64,000 nucleotides of DNA from Chrysomallon squamiferum (lineage: Eukaryota > Animalia > Mollusca). Position 1 is the stretch's first letter; every line of letters begins with the position of its first letter. Below are positions 1 through 10,685 of the stretch, piece by piece. The translations under genes were made by a program, and so were the position numbers. The notes under the pieces were generated by a model. It did no database searches. It saw only the letters and a program-made list of their open reading frames with translations, and was not told where the DNA came from. Where the stretch lies: contig CM022666.1 of the NCBI GenBank assembly GCA_012295275.1, positions 7,750,001 through 7,814,000 of the forward strand. Reading direction: 5' to 3'.

Positions 1-3
1 AGT

Positions 4-106
4 TCATTTCATGAAGTCTTGTAGAGTTTCATGAATGCTGTTCAGTTCTTCTTGAAGCTGATTCAGGAATTTCTGAAAAGACTGATTCTCTTCTTTAATC
101 ATCATC
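4..106 (-). CDS. SYCE1: SYCE1-like last coding exon (WMMIKEENQSFQKFLNQLQEELNSIHETLQDFMK*)
   Basis: Poly-T tract plus CAAG acceptor at 108-107; phase 2 joins TG+G=Trp; TGA at 6-4. Total spliced CDS is 675 nt = 224 aa + stop with no internal stops. Confidence 0.82.
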
Positions 107-679
107 CTTGAAAAAAAAAAAAAAAAAAAAAAATTAAGAAATCAAATGAAATTAAAAAAAAAAAAAAAAAAAAAAAAGTTTAAGTTGAATAAAACTGATT
201 TAAAATTTAGTAAAACAAAACAGAAATTAACAAGAAAAACAAAATGAAAGATGGGACAGTTCAGTGCAAAAAAAAAATGAATTACTTAAATACTATATTG
301 TACTGACCAGCTGAGAACATAATGAAGCAGAGTGATGTACACTACAACTGAATACCAACTTTTGATTACAAATTTCTAGTTTGAAGTTCTTGAAAATAAA
401 ACTATATGAGAAATTTTGCATTGTGTTTGTGGGTATTAAAGTTTTAGATATGAAGATTATTACATTTCTTTTATAACTTCATGAATGTCAAATCCTGCTT
501 GAAAAGACTGAAAAATAACATACACTAGCATGGTATCAGTGATGATTTTAAAGTTTAGATTATTACTATCTCAAGTCCTGTCTGAGATTCCAGAAAAGTA
601 GAGGCATACCAGTATGGTATTGATTGTGATATTAAAATTTTAGAATTGAAAATGAATATGAATAAAATAATTGAATCAC

Positions 680-791
680 CACACGGTTCTGCGAATTTCA
701 ACTGGAACTCCTTCATCATCCGTACTCACAGGTTTGTTCATTTTCTGCAAGTCTTTCTTCAGCTGTTCTAACTTTTTGTGGTTGTCAAAGG
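680..791 (-). CDS. SYCE1: SYCE1-like coding exon 8 (SFDNHKKLEQLKKDLQKMNKPVSTDDEGVPVEIRRTV)
   Basis: TATTCACAG acceptor, G|GTGATT donor; 112 nt, phase 1-2. Lies inside supplied ORF 676..879. Confidence 0.82.
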
Positions 792-940
792 CTGTGAATA
801 TTTTAATTATTAACTGAATGAATAAATAAATAAATAAATAAATGGACAAACAAACAAACAAATGTTTGTTTAATGACACATATTTCCTGTGAAGTTATTC
901 ATTAATGTTTACTATATTTTTATTTTTATTATTTATCCAT

Positions 941-1000
<60 letters not shown>

Positions 1001-1323
1001 AATTTTAAATGCATTTTCTTTCTTTTTACGAGGAAAATATGAAAAAAAAATCATACTAGTTTAAAACAAATGCATTTTCTCAGGAATACCTTTTTCAAAC
1101 CAATGTGAGACACTAGCTACAACTGGAAAAAAAAACCTACCATTCCTCAAAATCATTCTTTGATTATATTCTTTAAAATGTTTTAATTTATATTTATATA
1201 ATTATAGTTTAAGGATATAAAAAAGGAAAATAAAATAAACAATTAATGTATTTGTATTTTTCATTTTTCTATTCATTCATTCATTCATTTATATATTAAA
1301 TACATTACAAAGTAAAGACTTAC

Positions 1324-1390
1324 ACTTTCCTTCTAGCTCAGTAATTTTCTTTTCTGAAGAAATCAATTCATGCTGAACATTGTCATCTTT
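1324..1390 (-). CDS. SYCE1: SYCE1-like coding exon 7 (KDDNVQHELISSEKKITELEGK)
   Basis: TTTTTTTCAG acceptor, GTAAGT donor; 67 nt, phase 0-1. Confidence 0.85.
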
Positions 1391-1839
1391 CTGAAAAAAA
1401 GTAATTTCTAAAGCTTATTTTAAAAATTCCATCCAAGAGAGTACCATCTATTTAGTAAAATTAACATAAATTTTGTTAACTCAGATTAATAGATATGAAT
1501 GAATCTAAATGTAACTGACAACATTTTATATTACCAGTTTTTACATTTCAAATGTTTTATATTTTCATAATGAAGAAATAAGAGGGGAAATCCACAGACA
1601 CCTAAAAATTCACTTAACTTTATAACAAGCAGTAAAGATCTTCTTATAAATAGGGAGGTATATGTCACAATCTTTGTTAATCTGGTCATGTGATACTGTC
1701 CAGACTCTTATAAAAGCTTTCATGCAGGAATAAACAACTGTATTATAGCAGGATTGATTTAATAGGAGAATCAGTTAACAGGTTTCTAGTTAAACTGAGA
1801 TAATGTATACTGAATGTTTAGTGTTTTATTTTTACATAC

Positions 1840-1903
1840 ATAAAGCAGTCTAGAATTCTTCAGTTCTGTAGCAAGTTCTACCAATTTATCTTCAAACTCA
1901 TTG
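1840..1903 (-). CDS. SYCE1: SYCE1-like coding exon 6 (INEFEDKLVELATELKNSRLLY)
   Basis: TTTTTATTTCAG acceptor, GTATGT donor; 64 nt, phase 2-0. FEDKLVEL resembles human FEEQLEDL (recalled). Confidence 0.88.
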
Positions 1904-2340
1904 CTGAAATAAAAACAAATATATATTTAAAGTTATCTGTAGTTCTTGTGCTCACAAGATTAAACATCTACTGTTGTAATAAAACACACACACACTTGCT
2001 ACAAAAATATATTTATCATTTACTGTTATATAATCCATTTGTCCAGGTAAAGCTTTATTATGTACATTTGTGCATCTGAGTTGCATATGATGTACATTTT
2101 TGTACATCCATCAACATATGTATTCATATGTACATATTTATGTGTGCAAATACATTTTTGAAAGTGTATGTACATCTATCTTGCATGTGTGTGCTTGGGA
2201 ATGTCGGAGAGTGTTTTGTATAGTTATGTTTATGCAGCACACACATACCAATATCTTTTTCTGTTTTAATATAAAAGTTAGAGATATATAATGAATACAG
2301 AAACAAAGGAAGAAATCAATATATGTTTTTATCTACACAC

Positions 2341-2430
2341 ATATCATTTTGTTGAAACTCTTTCTCAATCTCAATTTTGTTGTTCAGTTCTGTAATTCTC
2401 TGCCTTCTTGCCTGGTTCACCTCCTCCAAA
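2341..2430 (-). CDS. SYCE1: SYCE1-like coding exon 5 (SLEEVNQARRQRITELNNKIEIEKEFQQND)
   Basis: TGTTCCAG acceptor, GTGTGT donor; 90 nt, phase 2-2. RITELNNKIEIEK resembles human RISALNLQIEEEK (recalled). Confidence 0.88.
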
Positions 2431-2499
2431 CTGGAACATTAAAATCACTGAAACATTTAGTGAAATGAACTACACAAGTCAGTCAGTAATGTTAATTTA

Positions 2500-2975
2500 C
2501 ATAAAATTAAATAAATAATACTTATATTTTGGTGAGGTTCTTGGCTTTTTGAAATAATTTCAAAAAGTTTTATTATTAGTTAACCTTCAGTTCTTAGCTA
2601 GAAGAATTGTCATTCCAAACACAGATTCTATTAACTTTTGTTAATGACTACAATTTATTAAAATAACATAATATATCAGTCAGTGTGGTTAATTAATAAC
2701 TTCCACTTCTTAGTGGAATTATAAATCTAATCATACACTTAGTTAACATTTGTTAATGTATAAAATGTATTAATATATATAATTTGTTTTATTAATATTT
2801 GCTAATGAATAGAATTTATTAATATAAATTAATATAAAATTAAATAAATAATACTTTTTTGAGGTGGCAGGGGCTTTTCAAATAATTTCAAAATATTTGA
2901 TTATTAATTAACCTTTGATTCTCAGCTAGTGGACTTATCAATCAAATCACATATTCTATTAACATTTGTTAACAT
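2500..2975. repeat. Degenerate local duplication/triplication in a SYCE1-like intron
   Basis: 2500-2645 and 2833-2975 align (ATAAAATTAAATAAATAAT...AAATAATTTCAAAA...TTAACCTT...ATTCTATTAAC.TTTGTTAA); a partial third copy lies at ~2690-2758. Confidence 0.7.
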
Positions 2976-3156
2976 ATATAATGTATTATTATAAATTAAT
3001 AATATATGTATATAAATACATAAATTTATTAACATTTTGCTATATGACAAAACAATGGGTTACATTTAAATATTCTATTTCTATTTTAATATTATTATTA
3101 TTACTACAGTTTGGGGAGTTTTCCCTACCAGTGTTAATCCTAATAAAACATTTTAC

Positions 3157-3211
3157 CTTATAGCATGGTTCTGTGTTTTGGAAACTTTCAATTCAGCCAT
3201 TTTTAGAGTTT
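3157..3211 (-). CDS. SYCE1: SYCE1-like coding exon 4 (ETLKMAELKVSKTQNHAI)
   Basis: TATTTTCAG acceptor, AG|GTAAAA donor; 55 nt, phase 1-2. ETLKM resembles human ETLRI (recalled). Confidence 0.85.
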
Positions 3212-3329
3212 CTGAAAATATATAACATAAATCACTGCACAAAAAAATGTCCTTGAAAAATGTAAATGATATAAAAGGCTCAAATATTTTATACTTTTAT
3301 AATACAGACTATATTAAACATCTTGGTAA

Positions 3330-3433
3330 TGTGCGACTGCCTGAGGAGCAAACGTTAGTAGGATCAATCCACTTTAATGCATTCTTTAAGCTATTTCCCA
3401 CTCCAGCCTGAGCACCATGACTGGTTTATTAAA
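3330..3433 (+). mobile_element. Truncated SINE fragment (Meta/MESC-like family)
   Basis: GGATCAATCC...GCTATTTCCCACTCCAGCCTGAGCACCATGACTGGTTTATTAAA is similar to the copies at 13.9, 37.6 and 47.6 kb and to a gastropod SINE body (recalled, not searched). Confidence 0.5.
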
Positions 3434-3448
3434 TTCAGTCATCACTTT

Positions 3449-3610
3449 CTTATCTATCGGCTAAAGCCGATAAAATTGTAATATAGATAGTGTGTGTGTG
3501 TGTGTTTTCTGTGTCTGTTTGTCTGTCTGTCTGTCCATATAAATGATTGCAATGATAGCCCACAGACAAAAAGGCCATTTGTTCACATCGTTATAGGTAC
3601 ACCTTAACAA
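3449..3610 (+). mobile_element. Helentron-associated/DINE-1-like non-autonomous element remnant
   Basis: Perfect hairpin TATCGGCT-AA-AGCCGATA (3455-3472) followed by (TG)n and (TCTG)n-TCC microsatellite, the usual HINE 5' architecture. Confidence 0.45.
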
Positions 3611-3816
3611 TAACATAATATAATTTTTTGTTGTTTATTGAGATTATCATGGATATATTTTTAAAACTAACAAAAGATAATTGTGAAAATTATTAATTTA
3701 TAAAGCTGTTCTTAAAACTGCTGCATGATAATTTAATTATTACTTTTATCTTGAGAATTAAAAGCAAAGAATTATTTTTGCAAATTGTTAAAAATGTTAT
3801 AATTATTAGTACTTAC

Positions 3817-3864
3817 CAGACATTTTGATGTGTATATCTCTGACCTGCATTAGTTTTGATCTTG
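3817..3864 (-). CDS. SYCE1: SYCE1-like coding exon 3 (TRSKLMQVRDIHIKMS)
   Basis: TTTCATTCCAG acceptor, G|GTAAGT donor; 48 nt, phase 1-1. Confidence 0.85.
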
Positions 3865-4257
3865 CTGGAATGAAACAAGTTTCATTTATGACTGTAGTAT
3901 TTAATAAATTCTAAAATATTGTCTTTTATTACTAATCAAAACTAATAAAAACAATAATAATAATTATAATAACAATAAAATAATTTAAAATTAAAACAAA
4001 ATATAAAATATAATTCAATACCATGTTTCATAATTCTGATTTGATCTTTAATTATCTTTATTTAAATTTGCTTTTATTTTTGTTGATGGTTTTGTTTGTT
4101 TCAATTTATTTTGTTTTCTGATGGGGACAGTTTGCTTTTATCTCATTTTTTATAATTTATTATTATTATTATTATTATTTATAAATGTTTACTTATATAT
4201 GTATTTATTTGTTGTTTTATTTTTATGACTGTTTATTTAAATAAGAAATAAATGTAC

Positions 4258-4332
4258 TGTTTTCTGCTGTTTTTTCTAACTGTCGTCTTTTGCCTCTCAG
4301 TTCGTTCAGTTTGTATTCCAAACAGTTCTTTT
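4258..4332 (-). CDS. SYCE1: SYCE1-like coding exon 2 (EKNCLEYKLNELRGKRRQLEKTAEN)
   Basis: TTTGTTTACAG acceptor, GTACAT donor; 75 nt, phase 1-1, open frame, heptad-like. Confidence 0.85.
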
Positions 4333-4853
4333 CTGTAAACAAAAACTGATATGTTAATACGATCAAGAGATTTTTTAAAATTAGACATGACTTGGCAATA
4401 ATATTATATTTATGTTAGTTTTATAGCTGTTACGCTATTCTTTTTTTTATGCTGACTTTGTATTGTTTTATTTTTTTCTTTATACTTCTTATTTTTTATT
4501 TTATTATTATTCTTATTATTTTTTATTTTTTATTTTTTATTTTTTTTATGATGTAACTTAGCCTAAAAGCACAATCCTTTTCCGAAACAGGACATATTTG
4601 GAATACAAATTAATTTTACATGCTAATAATAATAATAAAAATATATGATTATTGATGGTTGTTTTTTGTTGGGGGGGGGGTGTTGTAGCTGTTTTGGGAT
4701 TTTGGAGTTTTGGGTGGTTTCTTTCTTTCTTTCAAAATATCTTCTGTTTGCCGTCTCATCTGTAAGCTGTAACTATCGTCTGGTTCAGCCAAAGGTTTCA
4801 ATTAGCGATACATGTATACACTTTTATATATACATATTAAGTATAGACATTAC

Positions 4854-4914
4854 CGCTCTGAAGTTCTTTTACACTGTGAAATACTGCATCTATTGTAAAG
4901 TTTGGAACTGTCAT
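4854..4914 (-). CDS. SYCE1: SYCE1-like protein, coding exon 1 (MTVPNFTIDAVFHSVKELQS)
   Basis: ATG at 4914-4912 with an in-frame TAG upstream. Acceptor TTTGTTTCAG at 4957-4956 implies an upstream non-coding exon. Donor G|GTAATG, phase 1, 61 nt. Resembles human SYCE1 PRVEVLINRINEVQQ (recalled). Confidence 0.8.
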
Positions 4915-5482
4915 ATTTTATCGATTTAAATAAATGATCTACAAATATTGCGCGTCTGAAACAAAAAATTTAGTAAACCTAGTTCTTCTTTGGTGCCTTC
5001 GTCAGATACATGGAGCACCTATAAAGATTACCTAGTTCACTATGTTTCTAAAGTTGTATGATTGTAGAATCTATTCATTCTCAAATTTATCTCTGAAATT
5101 CAAACATTTTACAGAGAATATATAATTTAGTTTGCAATAAATTTTATACGGTTGTTAAAATTTGTAACATAATATTAGTAAGGGAGATAATTCGTGTTAC
5201 CTTATTCTGTAACTGAAACTTCGATTTCGATTAATTATTTTCTGTCGGATATGTAGAACCCATTGACTATCTGATATGTTTTTCATTATGAATTAGATAT
5301 TAATTTAGTAACTAAATTATATATATATAATTTTAACATTAAAATTCTGCTAGTTCATTTATATCTTAACGCCATTAAGTGTAAATGTAAATATATTGTT
5401 TTGCTGTTGTTACTCTATAACTGGATTTGGAATAAAAAAATATATTTAATTTAATTCATTCATTCATTCATTATGATTATTA

Positions 5483-5525
<43 letters not shown>

Positions 5526-5625
5526 TGTAATTGTAGTAGTAGCAATAGCAGCAGTAATGGCATTAATCGTGTTCTTATAATTTATTTGATAAACATATTA
5601 GCAATAAACTAAATAAAGCAAAGTA

Positions 5626-5679
<54 letters not shown>

Positions 5680-7393
5680 CAAAAGACTTATAATTAATCA
5701 CTATGAAGCCTTTTCATTTTTTTGAGGGGGTGGGGGGGTGCTGATACCGGTAGCTCTTTACACGAAACCAAATATTAATTGCATGAACATGTTTTGAATA
5801 CGTGTCTTAATCGACTTGAAAACGTGTTCAGGTTAAATTTCTATGATAACAGGGCAGTATTAAGACGCCTAACATTACAGCCTTATCGATAAAAGAAATC
5901 TATTTATTTGTCCTATTATTCTCTTTAAAGATCACAGGCGTTTGTGTCAGTTCTATTAATAGCTCACAGTACCAAAATTCCTTCTTTCGATGTGTCACGT
6001 ACCACAAAATGACGTTAATCTTAATTAATCGGGGATTTTCGGTAAAATGACGCATCATGACATTTTCAAGTTTTATTGTCGAAGTAGAATGTAGGCGGGG
6101 AGTTATGCTGTATGAATGACTACCCTCGGGTAATGGGAGGGGCACTTTACAGGAATGTGGAACACACTTGTCTTTTTGACTACTGCCTCCAATTTTAATT
6201 TCCTTTATTTCTTTCCCTCTCACTCCTGTTAATAGACCAGTTTTGAAAGGCAGATAGACAAACAGACCGACGGACGAATAGACGAAAGAACAGACGGAAG
6301 CAGCGATAGAAATTTAAATGGCAGACTATTATTCTTTTTTCAGATGCGTAAGAGAGAGAGAGAACTAAAAATACCGCTCTTATTTATCCAATCGACACAG
6401 AATAAAAGTTAAATAAAATAAATTAAAATTAAATCAAATCAAATTACACGATTTTTATAATTTATGGCATCATGAAACTCTTAAATTGCTATTTGAATTA
6501 AACATTTTGCAGTTCTTAATTTCTTTGTAAAAACCCATTAACCAGGAATATTCGAAAAGCGTTTGCCTTATCTCAAATTTTTTTATAAATCTGAATGAAT
6601 TCTATTTAAAATTATTACGTTGTTTGTATGATGGGGTTTTCCATCCCGCTCCCACCCCCAAGTTGAAGCAATCGCCAGGAATAGGTCCGATAGACTGGTA
6701 TGCCACCATACGGTAGACCATTAGGCCACTCTTGACAGCTTAACAGGATCGGCGGCATACTTTGGTGAGTTATTGTACTATTAATGACGCGAACACACTA
6801 GATGACTTGTAATAACGATTCGACTGATTCAAACGGCATCATGATGGTACAGTTGTTCATAAAATTGTTGACATTATTTCCAGCAAGACAGAAAAGAAGA
6901 AGAAGAAAAATGAAAAATAAGATGATAATACTAAAGAAGATGTGATGACTAATGTAAATTAAACGTATAGAGAATAAGGATAAGCAAAAATATAAAATAA
7001 AAGAAGAAAAAAAAAGAAAGAAAGAAAAGTAATGAATGCAAGTATACGAAATAAAGAAATTAAAGGTTAGAAAGAAAAAATGAAGGAAGTAATTAAAAGA
7101 TAAGAAAAAAATAGAAGAAAATTAAATAAAGAATGAAGAAAGAGGCGAAGAAAGTTTGAACAATGAAAGATAAAAAGGAAGGGAAAATATTAAAGAATGA
7201 AAGAATAAGAAAGAATAAGAAAGAAAAAAGAAGAGAGAAGTTTTGATCAACGTATCTGTTGTGACGTATGATCGTTACGCACTGTTGACTCACACAACAT
7301 GTTTGAACGAATATAAGTAATTACCAGTTTGCATGTTGAAAATCAAAACAGAACAAACTATGCAAATTACATCTCTATACGCTGATCAATAGA

Positions 7394-7407
7394 GCGACAT
7401 CTAGCGG
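7394..7407 (-). promoter_or_regulatory. CTCF-like motif
   Basis: Minus strand CCGCTAGATGTCGC, close to the CTCF core CCRCYAGRKGGCRS; lies in a CpG-rich intergenic island. Confidence 0.45.
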
Positions 7408-8582
7408 ATGTTTGCCGGGCCAAGAAAGCCTTGTGAACATTAGCGAAGATCAATGAGATATCGGCAAATGCGATAATATTGTATATGATCAATATTCCTG
7501 CAGCGAACGGCCAGTAATGCCGCAGAATATGGTTCCGAGCGACAGCCGATCCGTGCTGAACGTGCACTCTCGCCGTCACTCGCCGACGTTTCGGCGAAAA
7601 GCGCTAAAATTGCCACTTTGACGTTTCTTTGCTAGGACAACAAATGTCTGTTTTTCAATTTCCCGACGGAGTTTGCTTTCTGCGCTCTAAGATATTTGAA
7701 ATACATTGATGACTGTTGGCGCACAAAGAAGCACGATAAAGAAGAACAAAAAAGAAAAAGAAAAAGAAGCCTAAAAAAAAAGAGGAGAAAAACACAGCTA
7801 TTAAAACGAAAGAAGACAATTCAAATGGACGTGATTTTTGCGGCTTTCTTTTGAAATTTGTTGCTCCCTCCTACACAGGAAATGCTTGCTCTGTGTATAT
7901 TGATAGGCCTATAAACACGGAAATAGCAAACATTGTGTGTCTAGAATTTAACGAATCGCTTTGTTTGTCGAGCGCATGTAATGAAATAAGTGCTCCCGAA
8001 TTAAACGGCAAATCCAGATTTCCAAATCTGAACGATTCTTTCTTTTATGGTATAAGTTGTAATTGTTTTTAAACAGAAAGGGAAAGGACACGAATGCCTG
8101 TTTTAATCGTTCCCACATTAATATTGTTGTTTAGATAAGAGCTGTTACTGTCCGACATAGGAATTCGGGGGTTACCGGTCTTGGAAGTATGACAACCTTG
8201 CTGATACAGTCTTTGTTTCAACTATGTAAATAATTAAGACTGTTGTCTATTGAACGCAAATCGAACGTGCGATTTCTGCATGGGGACAAACTCTCATCTG
8301 GAGTTTAGTGGTGTTTTATTTATTTATAATATTTATTTATTTTTATTTATTTTATTATTATTTATTTATTTAGCCATATTTTCTTTGATACCGAAACTCA
8401 TTCAACCATGGTTGTTATAGCCATTATAATATTTATTAGAGATGCACCCTCTTTTCTGAATACACAGTCATCTGGGATCTTGAATAGCAGGGACGGATCA
8501 AAGCTAATAACAAAACTATAAAACAATTTAATTTTTTTCTTCTTCTTCCCCAAGAACGTATCTGTCTAGTAACTTATGGTAA

Positions 8583-8672
<90 letters not shown>

Positions 8673-8783
8673 TATAATTATTAGAAATATATAAAGTAAA
8701 GAAAAAGTTATAATATTGCTTTATTATTTTCCCTTAATATAAATAATAATTCTACAATAACCTTAGAAATAAATAAATAAATG

Positions 8784-8829
<46 letters not shown>

Positions 8830-9630
8830 ACAGAAACAAAAAGCATTCCAGCATTAATTTTAATATATACTTGAATCGAATATAATTATTTTTGCTTTGT
8901 AATAGTTCTGCAAACACACACACTGAACTACGGTTTAATAATCAACTTACTTCATTAATTTACTTTATTTAAATTAACGTCAAAACACAAAACACTTTCT
9001 TCCTTTTTTTAAATACCTCTTCTTTATTGTTCTTCATAGCCATCAAGTGTCAAAATTCTGGCGGGCATATTTACCAGGTCTAGGTATCAAGTAAATATTG
9101 CACATAATCAAAAGGGAGATAATTACACGGTGCCTTCAAAAAACGAAACAGAAGTGTTTGGCCTATTAGCGGCCTCTTTTGATCGCTTTGGTAGCCGCGA
9201 GACTAAGTAAGCGAGGTGTTGATTGGTCCATGAATTAATTAACACACTGACTTTGCTCCTGTAGTGCACATCTAGTATATAAAGTTGATTCAGACACTTT
9301 TTTGCGTGTGTTTGTATGGCCAAAGAAAATTAAAAAAACATAATAATAAAACAGTTATAATAACTGGAAATCTTTTCATTCATAGCATATTTTTAGTTAA
9401 CTTCGGCAGTGATAATAAGTGAATAAAAGAAAAGAAAAGAAAAGATGGGGGGAGAATTACAGAAAAATAAATGGAGTAAATAGAATAAAAGAAAATTAAC
9501 TCATTATTCGTATAAAATAAAATACATAACATAAACATAATAATTCGACTGAATAATTACATAGAATAAAGGTATACATAAATAATAAAGCTAAAATATA
9601 CATTATAAATAATTTACCAACCAAACAAAT

Positions 9631-9667
<37 letters not shown>

Positions 9668-10009
9668 ATTTTAAGACTAGATTTATTTTTTATTTTTTGA
9701 ATCGCATTAGTCCCGTTTCAGAAGTGAGAAGATGATGATATTGATGACTGAAGATGAAAAAGAAGAATATATTGAGATATTACACCACATATTAGGTTTT
9801 TAATTAATATTTACATGATTAATAATTATGAGATGTTTTAATTTAATTTTGGAAAGTCATAATGTTTAAGTTTAGTTTTAATTTCTTTCTTCTTCTATTT
9901 TTCTTTTTTTCACAGAGTACAAATAAATTATAATGTATCTTTATCAGCCTGCTGACTATTTCAAATCGGTAGCTTGGTACATTTATTATTATTCATTTAA
10001 TACGAATAT

Positions 10010-10510
10010 CAGTGACGTCAGAAGATATTCTCTGAGCTTTTAACGCACATCAGACAATGGTATGGCGATTCAGACTACTCACTGAAAGTCAGAAAATACT
10101 CCTTGAGGTTTTAATGCCGCGACTGACACGTCAAAAAAATACTCTCTGACGTTTTAATGCCGCGAATGACACGTCAAAAACTACTCTTTGAGTATTTAAT
10201 GCCACGACCAGTAATCGAGACAGTGACGCCACCACTCAATGCACGAGCGAAGTTACACAATCGGCGCTCCGTAGTTAGCGCGTAGCCCACTAAAGAAATC
10301 GTTTCCACCAATGAGACGTCGAGCTTGAGACCTGCGGGACTTAATAGTATTACTCATACAAATGGCGACTGATTCTGGAGTCGCGGTATCGTACGGGTGC
10401 GGATTGTATGTATATTAGTGTTACCCCGATTTTCAGTGTGTTATTTTTCTCACCGCTGTTCTCTCTCGGATTGTACTTTAATGAAGTTTCTTCAGTTTGA
10501 TTTTGTAAAC
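10010..10510 (+). promoter_or_regulatory. Probable glypican promoter and 5' UTR
   Basis: CpG-rich. Perfect CRE TGACGTCA at 10013-10020; CCAAT near 10308; YY1-like AAATGGCG at 10360-10367; directly upstream of exon 1. Confidence 0.6.
10097..10208. repeat. ~42-bp tandem repeat x2.6 in the glypican promoter
   Basis: Unit TACTCYYTGAGGTTTTAATGCCGCGACTGACACGTCAAAAA starting at 10097, 10140 and 10182. Confidence 0.85.
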
Positions 10511-10685
10511 ATGGTGCTTGTTCGGAGGAATATACCTTTTCTGTGTGTTGCCTTGTGTTTTGTGATTGTGTACGCGGACGAAACAAAATCTCACCATCAC
10601 CTTAAGCATTGTAACCGTGTTCATGAGGAATTTATGAGAAGAAAAATCGGCACTACAAGATTAGTTCCTAATAAGCCAGTACACG
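10511..10685 (+). CDS. Glypican (GPC3/GPC5/Dally-type) exon 1: signal peptide and first conserved Cys
   Basis: AAACATGG start context; hydrophobic IPFLCVALCFVIVYA signal peptide; HCNRVHEEF...VPNKPVH; donor G|GTGAGT; 175 nt, phase 1. A weaker in-frame ATG lies at 10481. Confidence 0.88.

Noticed and set aside
5900-6223. 107-aa minus-strand ORF upstream of the SYCE1-like gene
   Set aside because: Non-ATG start, no recognisable motif, and it cannot join the SYCE1 frame because of the in-frame stop before 4914.
6660-6735. tRNA-like A-box GTGGCCTAATGGT on the minus strand
   Set aside because: No intact B-box or cloverleaf; at most a decayed SINE head, not a tRNA gene.
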